Counted from the first letter of the stretch, positions 39,331-50,040 are shown. The stretch: 64,000 bases of DNA from Candidatus Krumholzibacteriota bacterium (GCA_963727455.1 CAVSGG010000005.1:448001-512000); one strand, 5' to 3'. Notes: generated by a model from the sequence alone, not told the origin. Numbers and translations: made by a program.

Positions 39331-39924
39331 ATGAAGCGTCGAACCATTCAAGCAGCGCGCAATCTCGGTTACCCGCTGGCTCTCATCGCACTTTTGATCC
39401 TGGGCTTCGCTCTGAGTGCCTGTGGAGGAAAAGACGAAGCGGTAGAGACCAATCCCTCCGAGAGCGGAATGAACGGTGACAAGGGAGTCGACAACGTCGA
39501 TCTCAAGGAAGGCGCCTTCGAGGGCAACAAGATGGGAGACGAAGGCGCGGAGAGCTCCGACCTTCAGGCTCCGAGCGAGGAGACTGCCCCTGCGGTGGTT
39601 CTCGAGGACGTGTTCTTCGACTTCGACAAGTACGAGCTGTCGGATGAAGCGCGCGCCACTCTGAACCAGGATGGGCGTCTGCTGCGCGACAAGAACGACG
39701 TTCGCATTCTCATCGAGGGTCACTGCGATGAGAGAGGGACGGTGCAGTACAATCTGGCCTTGGGGGAAAAGCGAGCCAAGGAAGCCAAGGCTTACCTGGT
39801 GGATCTCGGCATCGCACCCACGAGAATCGACATCGTGAGCTACGGTAAGGAGAGGCCTTTCGCCATGGGACATGACGAAACAGCCTGGCAGCAGAACCGG
39901 CGGGCACACTTGGTGGTTCGCTAG
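39331..39924 (+). CDS. pal: Peptidoglycan-associated lipoprotein Pal
   Basis: SD GAGGAGG; lipobox LSAC; FFDFDKY, IEGHCDERGT..YNLALGEKRA, SYGKERP, NRRA. Confidence 0.95.
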   Translation: MKRRTIQAARNLGYPLALIALLILGFALSACGGKDEAVETNPSESGMNGDKGVDNVDLKEGAFEGNKMGDEGAESSDLQAPSEETAPAVVLEDVFFDFDKYELSDEARATLNQDGRLLRDKNDVRILIEGHCDERGTVQYNLALGEKRAKEAKAYLVDLGIAPTRIDIVSYGKERPFAMGHDETAWQQNRRAHLVVR

Positions 39925-39937
39925 AGAGGAGCCGGCC

Positions 39938-40849
39938 ATGAGATGTGGAAGATCGATGCTCGCGGTGGCGTTTGCCCTCGTGTTGGCGCCGGGGTGCGCT
40001 CAGCTGACGCGAATCGAAGACAAAGTCGACGACGTTTCGGCGACGAGTCACGGCCTGCAGCGCCAGCAGGAGGTCACCGCCAAACAGGTGGACGGTCTGC
40101 AGAAGGCGCTGGATTCGGAGGGGATTACCAGCGACGAGAAGCGCGCCGATCTTCTCTCGCGGCTCAAGAACATGGAGCGCTCGATGCAGCAGCTCGAAGC
40201 TCGTGTCGACGATCAGGGGAAGCTGCTGCAGCGCATCCAGGCCAGCCTGGATCTCCTGGCTTCCGGTGGGCAGAGAAGAGTGCCTCCCATGGGCACGGCG
40301 CCCGCTAGCTCTGATTCCACCGCCGTCGATTCCAAGACGGCGCAGAGCGGTGCGAACCCAGCAGAGAAACAGAGCGACACTTTACCGCCGGACACCGCGG
40401 AGGATACCGAGGAGAGCCAGGCCGATTCGAATTCCGTCGACGAGGCGGCCACCTCTCGCTCTCCCGGAGTCGAGGTTTACGACGCGGCGTTCAGCGACTT
40501 CACCCGGGGCTCATACAGTTTGGCGCGAGAGGGGTTCGCGGAATTTCTCGCGCGCTATCCCGATACCGATCTCTCGGACAACGCGAGCTACTGGATCGGC
40601 GAGACTTGGTACGCTCAGGGGAACTACCAGGAAGCGGTGCGTCATTTCGATGCCGTTTTGCGGACTTACCCTGACGGTGATATAGTTCCTGGCGCTCTGC
40701 TGAAGTCGTCGAATTGTCATCTCGAGCTCGGTGAAAGAGACCGCGCTCTGGAGGGTTATCGACGCTTGGTTCGTGAGTATCCCGATAGCGATGAGGCGTT
40801 CATCGCTCAACACAAACTCGCTGAAGCTGGGGTCAGCACCAAGCCCTGA
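39938..40849 (+). CDS. cpoB: Tol-Pal system protein CpoB/YbgF
   Basis: Lipoprotein-like signal, coiled coil, TPR domain DNASYWIGE; follows pal. Confidence 0.88.
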   Translation: MRCGRSMLAVAFALVLAPGCAQLTRIEDKVDDVSATSHGLQRQQEVTAKQVDGLQKALDSEGITSDEKRADLLSRLKNMERSMQQLEARVDDQGKLLQRIQASLDLLASGGQRRVPPMGTAPASSDSTAVDSKTAQSGANPAEKQSDTLPPDTAEDTEESQADSNSVDEAATSRSPGVEVYDAAFSDFTRGSYSLAREGFAEFLARYPDTDLSDNASYWIGETWYAQGNYQEAVRHFDAVLRTYPDGDIVPGALLKSSNCHLELGERDRALEGYRRLVREYPDSDEAFIAQHKLAEAGVSTKP

Positions 40850-40856
40850 GAGAACC

Positions 40857-41192
40857 ATGCCGAAAATACCTGCCCTGCGCGTGGCACGGAGTCTGGAACA
40901 GGCTTTTCGCCCGCACGATCTCTGTTCCGTCGATTCGGATTATCACGTCTTCGTGGTGGCCTATTCGGGTTCGTACGTGGAGCACAGCCATCCGGCCGAC
41001 GAGTTCATCCTCATTCTGGAAGGTGAGCTCACGATCGAGGTGGGAGGAGGACAGCAGGTGTTGCGTCAGGGCGACGCCTTTCTCGTGCCCTCGGGCACTC
41101 TCCACCGGCCACGGAGCGCCCGCCGTACCCTCGCCCTGGTGATGGAGCGCCGGGGCCTGCAAACCAGCGCGCAGGGACCAATTCCCGGCTGA
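40857..41192 (+). CDS. Cupin domain protein
   Basis: HSHPADEFILILEG, GD..LVPSGTLHRP. Confidence 0.85.
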   Translation: MPKIPALRVARSLEQAFRPHDLCSVDSDYHVFVVAYSGSYVEHSHPADEFILILEGELTIEVGGGQQVLRQGDAFLVPSGTLHRPRSARRTLALVMERRGLQTSAQGPIPG

Positions 41193-41203
41193 GCCGAGCC
41201 CGG

Positions 41204-41241
41204 TTGCCTTTCCTGTTTTCTTCGCCTATGCTAATGCGAAG
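41204..41241 (+). promoter_or_regulatory. lexA promoter with overlapping palindrome (candidate SOS box)
   Basis: TTGCCT(41204)-N17-TATGCT(41227); CTTCGC-N10-GCGAAG (41220-41241) brackets the -10. Confidence 0.55.
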
Positions 41242-41255
41242 GAAGGAGGAGCGAC

Positions 41256-41858
41256 GTGTATCTCACCAAACGGCAGTCTCAGCTCCTGGACTATCTACGC
41301 TCGAGCATCGCAAGTAACGGTTACGCTCCCAGCTTGGAAGAAATCGCAGCTCATTTCGAACTCTCCTCGGTCGGTACGGTTCATAAACATCTGAAGGCGC
41401 TCGAAGACAAGGGCGTCATTCAGAGGCAATGGAACCGCAGTCGCGCGATCGAGGTTGTTGGCCTCATGGACGGCAAGGCGCGCCGTTTGCCGCTTCTTGG
41501 CACGGTGGCCGCGGGCCGACCCATCGAGGCGGTTCCGCAGTCCGAGAGCATCGCAGTTCCCGAGGACATGATCGGCCGCGGTCCCGCGTACGTACTGCGG
41601 GTGAAGGGCGATTCGATGCTCGGCGATTCCATTCGGGATGGTGACTACGTCGTGGTCGAGCAGCGCGAGCATCCGGACAACGGTGACATCGTCATTGCCC
41701 TGCTCGAGGGCGAAAATGTCACGCTCAAACGATTCTATCGCGAAGGAAACATGGTGCGGCTCGAACCGGCGAGTAGTTCGCACGAAGCGATTTCGGTTCC
41801 AGCGGATCAAATGCAAATCCAGGGAATCGTCGTGGGTATTCTGCGCCGTTTCCTCTAG
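41256..41858 (+). CDS. lexA: SOS repressor LexA
   Basis: LTKRQ...PSLEEIA HTH, VAAG cleavage site, GDSM serine, TLKRF lysine. Confidence 0.95.
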   Translation: MYLTKRQSQLLDYLRSSIASNGYAPSLEEIAAHFELSSVGTVHKHLKALEDKGVIQRQWNRSRAIEVVGLMDGKARRLPLLGTVAAGRPIEAVPQSESIAVPEDMIGRGPAYVLRVKGDSMLGDSIRDGDYVVVEQREHPDNGDIVIALLEGENVTLKRFYREGNMVRLEPASSSHEAISVPADQMQIQGIVVGILRRFL

Positions 41859-41861
41859 GCC

Positions 41862-42969
41862 ATGGCTCGTTCGCGCCTTCTCCATCTGCGACTTCAGCCC
41901 GGCCCCGCCCTATCCCGCCCTGCCGCGAAATCCGATCACCCTGCACCGGGCGACTTTGCCCGCGGCGGCTTTCCTCTGCACCGTCTTCGCCCGTGGTCTC
42001 CTTCTCCACGGGTCAGCAATCCGGATGCGTTCGACACTTTCGTGGCGGAGCCTCACCTCTCCGAGTCGTTTCTACAATTTCTTCAGAACAAGGCACCAAG
42101 AGTAGAACCCGTTGGACGCTGGGAAGTGTTGATGGATCTCAGCGGTTGCGAACGACTGTATCCCGAGACGGGGAACTCTGCTGGCGGAGATCAACCGCGA
42201 GTTGCCGAAAGAAAACTCACTCGTTTTGGCCGCGGGGGAGGGAGCAACGCGTTTGGTGGCTCGTCTCGCCGCGGCGGTCGCACCGGCGGGAAGTTGGTGG
42301 AGCGTGGAGACCAAGGCGAGCGCGAGCTTCCTGGCCCCCTTCCCCCTGCAGTGCGTGAAGGACGAATTTCCCGCTTGGGTGGAAGCACTTCAGGAGCTGG
42401 GGCTGTTCACTCTGGGAGATCTAGCTGCGATTCCCTTCGTACTTTTGCATCGTGCGCTGGGAGCGGGCGCGCGGACCCTCTGGGAGGACGCCAGGGGGGA
42501 GGGATCTCACGCCGTCTACCAGCGGCTCGAGTTGCCCTTGCTCCGTGCGCGACACCGCTTTCAGTCTCCTCAGAGCGAACCGGGCTTGGTTGCCTCGGCC
42601 CTGGGAGTTCTGGCCGATCGGCTCGCGGTCGAATTGCGCTCGCATCGGCTTGTCGCGGCACGCATTCAGCTTCGACTCGGCTTTCACGGTGGGACGCGCG
42701 CCTGCCGCGGCAGAACCCTCTCGCCCGCCTCGGATGAACTCGAGGCCATCCGCCGCGCAGCCTGGGCACTGTGGCGGGAGGAATCGGGGCGACGGACTGC
42801 GGTGACAGCTTGTGAGCTTCGCGCCGAGCTTCTGCGCAAACGGCCGGCCGAGAGCCTGTGCTTCGACTTCGTCAAGGCGCGTAAGGATCTGGCGCCGGCG
42901 ATTCGCTCCATCCGGCGGCGATACGGAACGGCGGCGATTCGCTGGTCTCCGGAGCTCTGGATGGATTAG
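41862..42969 (+). CDS. Catalytically degenerate Y-family polymerase homolog (ImuB/DinB-like); one frameshift near 42170
   Basis: First frame: PRVEPVGRWEVLMDLSGCERL; second frame: AGEGATRLVARLAA, LQELGLFTLGDLA, little-finger region, IRRRYG. Confidence 0.7.
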
Positions 42970-43967
42970 GCGTTCTCGTCGAAGAGATCGTGCTGTGTCG
43001 CTTTGAGCTTCTGTCGGCCGCGTTTTGTGCTCGGCGCTTCCTCGCGAAAAGATAGAGGCTTGGGATTCGACGCACCCGCGCGCTTCAGGTCCTCCTTGAT
43101 CTCGGGAAACTCCTCCTGAAGCCACGAAGGAAACTCAGCTACGTCTTCGCCGAGCAGGGCTCGAATCTGCAGAGCGTTCACCACCGCCTGCCCCTGGAAG
43201 TGGTTGTTGGTGATGATGTAGCTTTCATTCGCCGAGGCTTGGCTCTTGCTGAGCGCGTCGATCCAGGGGGTGAGTTCGGCGAGCGAATAGCGGTAATCGT
43301 AGCGCTGATCTCGTCCGGCATTCTTCTGAAACCAGTTCTCTCGGTTGCGCCCGTGGAGGCGCAGATAGAGAAGCTCGCCGCTGGATTGCAGCACTGGCGG
43401 CAAGCTGTCAGAGAGCTGAGGCTGATCGACACTGACCACGCACAGTTTCGAGTCGTGCAGCGGAACGATTCCCGAATCGTCCCCCCAGCTTCCGTGGCGG
43501 AGTTCGAAAACGAGCGAGTGGGGGGCGAGCTTCTCCGCGAGCCTCTGAAGGTAGGCGAGGTGCTTCTCGCTGCGCCGAAAGGACCAGGGAAACTGCGCCA
43601 GGATGGGGCCCAGCCGCCCACTCTCAGCCAGGGGCTTGAGAAACTCCTCGAAGTCCACCAGCGCCCCAGAGGAGATCTGTGGATCGTCGTGCGTGAAGGA
43701 GCGGTGCAACTTGACCGCAAAACGGAAGTCCGCGACCTCACGCAGCCGGCGCACCCAGCCCTCCGCGTTCTTGGGGGGAGGGATGTGGTAGAAGCTCGAA
43801 TTGACCTCGATCGTGCGAAAAAAGCGCGCGATCCACAGCAAGGGGTCGAATCGCCTGGAGGGGTGGGGAGGATAGACCCGGCCCTGCCAATCCGGATAGC
43901 TCCAGCCGGCTGGCCCAACCCGAGGGGGAGAGGAGGGCTTGGAAACGAGCGCAGAGGCAGATTCCAT
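42966..43967 (-). CDS. DUF72 (YecE/YunF-like) protein
   Basis: GPAGWSYPDW.G.VYP, EVNSSFY, QFPWSF, ELRH, YLRLHGRN, RYDYRYS, NNH. Confidence 0.9.
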   Translation of the reverse strand: MESASALVSKPSSPPRVGPAGWSYPDWQGRVYPPHPSRRFDPLLWIARFFRTIEVNSSFYHIPPPKNAEGWVRRLREVADFRFAVKLHRSFTHDDPQISSGALVDFEEFLKPLAESGRLGPILAQFPWSFRRSEKHLAYLQRLAEKLAPHSLVFELRHGSWGDDSGIVPLHDSKLCVVSVDQPQLSDSLPPVLQSSGELLYLRLHGRNRENWFQKNAGRDQRYDYRYSLAELTPWIDALSKSQASANESYIITNNHFQGQAVVNALQIRALLGEDVAEFPSWLQEEFPEIKEDLKRAGASNPKPLSFREEAPSTKRGRQKLKATQHDLFDENA

Positions 43968-44011
43968 GCTCTCAGTGTAGCGCAGACTCCCGCAGAAGGC
44001 CGCCTGTGGCG

Positions 44012-44040
44012 TTGACGTTCCGCTGAGCCGCTCCTACCAT
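44012..44040 (+). promoter_or_regulatory. Putative sigma70 promoter for hsp20-lon
   Basis: TTGACG-N17-TACCAT. Confidence 0.6.
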
Positions 44041-44114
44041 CCCGGAAACGGTCGAATTGGAGTTTTTGGCCCCCTCAGAGCGCCCGGAGAGGGGCGACGC
44101 ACCCCGGAGGAACC

Positions 44115-44570
44115 ATGTCCCAAACGGACACGCTCTCATGCCACGGCGGCGGCCGCATGGACGACGCCTTCGAATTCTTCTTCGGAGCGAGCCGTGGGCG
44201 CTCCCAGCCCTTCGGAATGCAGCCCGACCTCGGCTGGCACCCGGCGGCTGACGTCTACGAAACCAAGGACGAGTTCATCATCCAAATGGACCTCGCCGGA
44301 ATGCAACGGAGCGAGATCGAAGTCATCGTCGAGGACGATTTCGTGCGTGTCCGGGGAGAGAGGACCAATATCGCTCCACCCGGGAAGAAGCACTTTCACA
44401 AAATGGAGATTCAGATTGGTCCTTTCGAGCGCCACATTCAAGTTCCCGACACCGTGGATCTCTCGAGCGCGAGCGCGAGCTATCGCGCCGGATTTCTGTT
44501 CATCCACCTGCGGAGAGGAAACCTGAGTCCCTCACCGCGGCGCAGCATCCCCGTCGAGCAGAAAGACTGA
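44115..44570 (+). CDS. Small heat shock protein, Hsp20 family
   Basis: WHPAADVYET, GER, GPFERHI, ASYRAGFL, C-terminal IPV. Confidence 0.9.
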   Translation: MSQTDTLSCHGGGRMDDAFEFFFGASRGRSQPFGMQPDLGWHPAADVYETKDEFIIQMDLAGMQRSEIEVIVEDDFVRVRGERTNIAPPGKKHFHKMEIQIGPFERHIQVPDTVDLSSASASYRAGFLFIHLRRGNLSPSPRRSIPVEQKD

Positions 44571-44592
44571 AGGCCGTCCCGTCCAAGGAGTC

Positions 44593-46981
44593 ATGGTGTC
44601 CACAGAGCAGCAACAGCATCAGCCAGAGCTAAGCTCCGAGCTCGGGCGAATTCCGACGAGCATGCCCATCCTGCCCATCAGCGAGGCCGTGGTCTTCCCC
44701 TACATGATGGTGCCCCTGGTTCTCTCCGATCCCAATCTCATCCGCCTCGCGGACGATGCGCTCGCTGACGCCAAGGTACTGGGTACCTTCGCGCAGCTTC
44801 CTTCGCATGACGAGTCGGAAGACGAGGAGAAGCCCTTCGGGGAAGAGATCTACGAAGTCGGCACGGCGGTAGCCATTCAGAAAATGCTGCGGTTTCCCGA
44901 TGGAAGCATGCGGCTGCTTGGGCAGGGGGTCGCGCGGGTCCGGCGCAAACGCTACAAGTCAACCGAGCCCTATCTGGTGGCCGAGGTGGAGGTGCTGGAG
45001 GAGTTGCCCGCCACCGACACGCGCACGATTGCGCTCATGCGAGGAGTGGCCAACAACTTCATCAAGATCGTGGAATCGAGTGAATCTCTCAGCGATGAGC
45101 TGAGGGTCGTGGTGATGAACATCGACGATCCCGGGCGCCTGGCGGACATGGTGGCGACCAATCTGGAAATCTCGGTCGAGGAGAAACAACAGGCCCTGGA
45201 GATTCTGCACCCCCGCAAGCGGCTGGAGATGCTGAGCAAGATCGTGCTGCGTGAGTTGGAAGTGGTTGAGCTCGGCGAGCGAATTCAGAGCCGAGTGCGC
45301 AAGGCGATGGACAAGGACCAGCGCGAATACTACCTGCGACAGCAGCTCAAGGCGATCCAGCGTGAGCTGGGTGACGTCGATCAGAGCTCGGTCGAGTTGG
45401 ACGAGCTGCGCGAGGCGATCGATAAGGCGGATCTGCCCGACAGTGTCCGGGAAGTCACCGTGAAGGAGTTCGGGCGGCTCGCGCGCATGAGCCCCGGTGC
45501 CAGCGAGTACACCGTCAGCAAAACCTACATCGACTGGATTCTCGATCTTCCATGGCTGGTGACGACAGAGGACAACCTCAATCTCAAGCGGGCGGAGGAG
45601 ATCCTCGAACGCGATCACTATGGACTCCACGACGTGAAGGAACGCATTCTGGAGTTCCTCGCGGTCAAAAAGCTCAAGAGCGACATGCGCGGCCCGATTC
45701 TCTGCCTCGTGGGACCACCGGGGGTTGGCAAGACGAGCTTGGGCAAGTCCATTGGCGAGGCTATCGGAAGAAACTTCTACCGGCTGAGCTTGGGAGGTAT
45801 GCGCGACGAGGCGGAGATCCGTGGGCACCGTCGCACCTACGTAGGCGCCATGCCGGGGCGAATCCTGCACGGCATCAAGACCGCGGGTTCGAAAAATCCG
45901 CTGATCATGCTGGACGAGATCGACAAGCTGGGGAACGACTTCCGCGGGGATCCGGCCAGCGCACTGCTGGAGGTGTTGGATCCGGCGCAGAACAACACCT
46001 TCACCGACCACTACCTCAACATGCCCTTCGATCTCTCCGACGTGCTCTTCATCTGTACCGCGAACATGCTGGACACCATTCCCAGACCTCTGCTCGACCG
46101 CATGGAGATCATACACATCGCGGGGTACACGCGTCTGGAGAAGCTGGAGATCGCCAAACGCTATCTCGTGCCCAGGCAGGTGGTCGAGAACGGCCTCTCG
46201 CGAAACAAGATCCGCTTCACCGACGCGGCGATCAGCCACATGATCACCCAGTACACTGCGGAAGCGGGCGTGCGCAATTTGGAGCGGACCATCGGCAGCA
46301 TCTGCCGCAAGGCGGCACGCGGTTTCGCCACGGGAAAGCGCAAACGCGTGAACATCTCGGTGAAGAATCTGGAAGACTATCTCGGCGTTGCGCACTTCTC
46401 CGAGGACGAGAGAAAGAGCCACCCCATGATCGGCGTCACCGCGGGTCTCGCCTGGACCTCGGTGGGCGGGCGCATCCTCTTCGTGGAGGCAGTCGCCATG
46501 CCCGGGAACGGGAAGCCTACGTTTGACCGGGCAGCTCGGTAGCGTGATGCAGGAGTCGGCGCAGGCCGCGCTGAGCTACATTCGCTCGCGTTATGCGGAC
46601 ACTGAATCGCAGGCGAAGTGGTTCCGCAACAACGATATCCATATCCATCTTCCGGCGGGAAGTGTGCCCAAGGACGGGCCCAGCGCGGGCGTGGCCTTGG
46701 CAACTTCGTTAATGAGTCTCTTCCGCCGCATTCCCGTGCACCACCGAGTCGCCATGACCGGAGAGATCTCCCTGACGGGAGAGGTGATGGCCATCGGGGG
46801 GCTGCACGCAAAGGTCCTCGCTGCGCATCGCGTTGGGATGCGGGATGTCATCATTCCGGCCGCCAACGAGAAGGACGTGGAGGACCTCCCCGAAGAGGTA
46901 ACCGAGGCGATCAAATTCCACCCGGTAAGCGGCGTGGAAGAGGCCTGGGAAGTTGCTCTCACTCGAGACTTCCGGGAGTAG
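44593..46981 (+). CDS. lon: Lon protease; single frameshift at 46516-46517
   Basis: GPPGVGKTS, HRRTYVGAMPG; removing one C at 46516 gives PGNGKLRLTGQLG and joins the protease domain PKDGPSAG. Confidence 0.93.
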
Positions 46982-46983
46982 AC

Positions 46984-48042
46984 GTGCCACTCTCGTTCCT
47001 CAATCGAGTTCTGAAGCGCCCCAGCGATGTGGTGGCCAAGAAGGACGCTTTTCGTCTGCCTGGAGCTCTCTTTGACGGAGTGAGGGTGCTGCTCATCGAT
47101 TCGGACGATTACACCGATCTGCTCTTCGCCATGCCGCTAGTGGAGGAGATACACGACCGCTTTCCCAATTCCCGGGTGGGGCTGGTGAGCGACGAGCGAG
47201 CGCACTATTTGGCGCTTTCCAGCGGAGCATTTCATGAGCTGGTAGTGTATTCCCCCGAGCAGTTAAGTTTGAACTCGAAGGGCTTCGAGAACCTGGCGGA
47301 GGCGGTGCGGGCCGAACCCTGGGACGTGGTGATTCTGCTGGGCCGTCGAGCCCGATCCGGCGCGCGAGGAGTTGGCGCTGGCCAGCGGGGCCCAGTTGCG
47401 GGTGGGTTCTTTGCACCCCAAGAGCTATCCCGCGCATCAACTGTGCGGTGCGCGCCACGAAGGAAGATCACTACCCCTACCGGCGCACTGCGACCTGGGG
47501 CAAGTTCTTTGGATTGCCGCTGGATCATGCTCCGCTGCATTGGCCGCTGCCCGAGTCGAAAGTGCGGCAGATCGCGCAGCTGATTCACTTCAACAAGCCG
47601 CGCAAGGATGAGATCCTCCTCGGAGTCGATCCGGGGCAGGGCAAGGAGGGGACGCTTCTGGGAGCGGAGAACCTGGCATTTCTCGCGAATCATCTGGGGA
47701 AGCGCATGCGATCCAAGACCCTGGTGCTCTCGGCGGACGAGGACATGCAGCGCTTGGCGGAATTCGAAGCGTTGCTCACGGTGGAGAATTGGATCTGCCG
47801 CATCCCACCTTCTGGAGGTCGTGCTTCTTTTGAGCCAGTGTGAGGTCCTGGTGGCCGGGAATACGGACCTCTTCCATTTTGCGGTAGCCTTGGGCGTGCC
47901 CGCTCTCGGTCTCTTTACTACACGCGATGGCAAGCGTTGGCGACCGGACGAAGGGGAGCGAGTGGAGATTCTCGAGCTCGAAGACGGGGGAAATCTCGAA
48001 CTCTCCAACGTGTCGGCTTGTTTCGATCGTCTCCTCGGATGA
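46984..48042 (+). CDS. Divergent glycosyltransferase family 9 protein; about 3 frameshifts
   Basis: Segments in alternating frames: RVLLIDSDDYTDLLFAMP / LASGAQLRVG / LGVDPG / VAGNTDLFHFAVALGVPALGLF. Confidence 0.65.
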
Positions 48043-48096
48043 TCTTGCCCGACGAAACGCCCGTACCAGACTCTCAACGAAAGATCTACGGCGAAG

Positions 48097-50040
48097 ATGC
48101 GTGACTGGCTCCGACTGCTCAGAATGTTGCGCTACTATCGCCGACAGAGCGCCATGCTCGTCGTGAGCATTTTCCTGGCCTCGGTGCTCTCCACCGTGGG
48201 CATCACTTTCATCTCCCCGCTCTTGAGAATTCTCTTCTTGGAGCAGCCGACTCCCCCCGCGGTCGAGATGGTGCGCAATCCCAGCAGGATACATTCGCGC
48301 CGAGAACGGGAGCTGCAAGAGCCATCCGATGCGAGGAGTTCCCAAAATGCGATTCCCGTCCCCGAGAAGCTCTCCGAGGCGCGCCACAACCTGCAGACCT
48401 GGGTTGAGAGGCATCTGTACAAGGGGAACCGCGGGGACATGTTGCTGCGGGTGTCGATTCTTCTCTTCCTGCTCTATCTGGCCAAGAATCTCTTCACCTT
48501 CTCCCAGGGTGCCTTCACTGCGATCCTCGAACAGAAGGTCATCTACGACATTCGGCAGAATCTCTTCACGGCCATTCAGGACATGCCCTTGCGCTACTTC
48601 TCGCAGGAGAGAACGGGGTATCTCATGAGCCGCGTCATCATCGACGTGGACATGATGCGGGGAGCATTGGTGGGGTGCGCCTCGCAGATTCTCTCCAACT
48701 CGATCATGGTCGTTCTCGCACTCATCTTGGTTTTGTGGTGGAGCTGGCAACTCGTCCTTGCGACGCTGGTCATCGTTCCACCGAACATTCTGTTGATGGG
48801 CTATCTCAGCAAGAAGATGCGCAAGGGGAGTCACCGCACCCAGGAGTCGATGGGCGCGCTGGCCACCGTTCTGCAGGAGACGATCGCGGGAATTCGTATC
48901 GTGAAGGCCTTTACCATGGAGATCGCGGAGAGGCTGCGCTACGGCAAAGAAAATCACCGCTACTACAAGGCCTACAGCAAGATGAAAGTGCTGGAAGCGC
49001 TCTCCTCGCCAGTGAGCGAGATTCTGGGAATCACTACCGCGGTGGTGATCCTTGGCTTCGGCGGTCATCTGGTTCTGAGCGGTCGGCTGCGCCCCGATCT
49101 TCTGGTCGCATTCCTGGGCGTCATGCTCTGGGTGATCGGGCCCATCAAGAATCTCATCAAGGTCAACAGCACCCTCCAGCAGAGCCTGGCCGCGGCCCGT
49201 CGCGTGTTTCTCATTCTCGATGCGGAGAAGGAGGAGGCCAACGCGGATGGCATCAAGCGAATCGATGGCCTGAGCGATCGAATCGTCTTCGAAGAGGTTT
49301 CCTTCGACTATCGCGACGACGTGCCGGTGCTCCGCGAGATCTCGCTCAGCATCCCCGTGGGGACGACCCTGGGAATCGTGGGACCTTCCGGAGCGGGCAA
49401 GTCGACTCTGGTAGATCTCATCCCGCGTTTCTACCATCCCACTTCGGGCAAGATCACGCTGGACGGCATCGATCTCGAAGACATCTACCTGCCCACCTTG
49501 CGATCGCTGGTGGGAGTGGTCACGCAGGAAGTCATCCTCTTCAACGACACCATCGCGGCTAACATCTGCTACGGTTCTCCGCAGGCCAGCCGCGAGAAGA
49601 TCATCGAGGCCGCCAAGACCGCGAATGCTCACGAGTTCATCAGTGAGTTTCCCGAGGGCTACGAGACGATCGTGGGGGAGAGAGGTACGCAGCTCTCCGG
49701 CGGGCAACGACAGCGCATCGCGATCGCGCGCGCGATTCTGCGCGATCCGCCAATTCTCATCTTCGACGAGGCCACCAGTTCACTGGATACAGAGAGCGAG
49801 AAGTTGGTCCAGGAGGCGATCGAGAGACTGGTCAAAGGGCGCACCACCATCGTGATCGCGCATCGCCTTTCCACTCTGGTGCGCGCGGATCGCATCGTGG
49901 TGTTGCAGGAGGGACGGATCGTGGAGGAGGGTGTCCACGAGACGCTGCTCGCGCGACAGGGAGTCTACCGGAGGTTGTATGAGCTCCAGGACAACGGGCG
50001 ACCGCCCAAGCCTGGCCCTTCTCCCGAACTGGCTGGGTGA
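48097..50040 (+). CDS. msbA: Lipid A flippase MsbA-type ABC transporter
   Basis: TM domain plus GPSGAGKST, LSGGQRQRIAIARA, DEATSSLD; located in the LPS cluster. Confidence 0.85.
   Translation: MRDWLRLLRMLRYYRRQSAMLVVSIFLASVLSTVGITFISPLLRILFLEQPTPPAVEMVRNPSRIHSRRERELQEPSDARSSQNAIPVPEKLSEARHNLQTWVERHLYKGNRGDMLLRVSILLFLLYLAKNLFTFSQGAFTAILEQKVIYDIRQNLFTAIQDMPLRYFSQERTGYLMSRVIIDVDMMRGALVGCASQILSNSIMVVLALILVLWWSWQLVLATLVIVPPNILLMGYLSKKMRKGSHRTQESMGALATVLQETIAGIRIVKAFTMEIAERLRYGKENHRYYKAYSKMKVLEALSSPVSEILGITTAVVILGFGGHLVLSGRLRPDLLVAFLGVMLWVIGPIKNLIKVNSTLQQSLAAARRVFLILDAEKEEANADGIKRIDGLSDRIVFEEVSFDYRDDVPVLREISLSIPVGTTLGIVGPSGAGKSTLVDLIPRFYHPTSGKITLDGIDLEDIYLPTLRSLVGVVTQEVILFNDTIAANICYGSPQASREKIIEAAKTANAHEFISEFPEGYETIVGERGTQLSGGQRQRIAIARAILRDPPILIFDEATSSLDTESEKLVQEAIERLVKGRTTIVIAHRLSTLVRADRIVVLQEGRIVEEGVHETLLARQGVYRRLYELQDNGRPPKPGPSPELAG

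Noticed and set aside
44060-44114. RNA thermometer or CIRCE element before hsp20
   Set aside because: A GC-rich hairpin exists but does not clearly occlude the GGAGG SD; no CIRCE or ROSE consensus found
46501-46545. Programmed frameshift or split gene in lon
   Set aside because: No slippery heptamer or SD cassette; one extra C restores the conserved GKLRLTGQLG; it lies at the edge of the indel-rich zone
47776-49707. 643-aa minus-strand ORF, and similar long antisense ORFs at 15530-17095, 27574-29178, 32935-34428 and 44959-46422
   Set aside because: Each mirrors a well-supported + strand gene; such shadow ORFs are expected in GC-rich coding DNA and show no recognisable motifs
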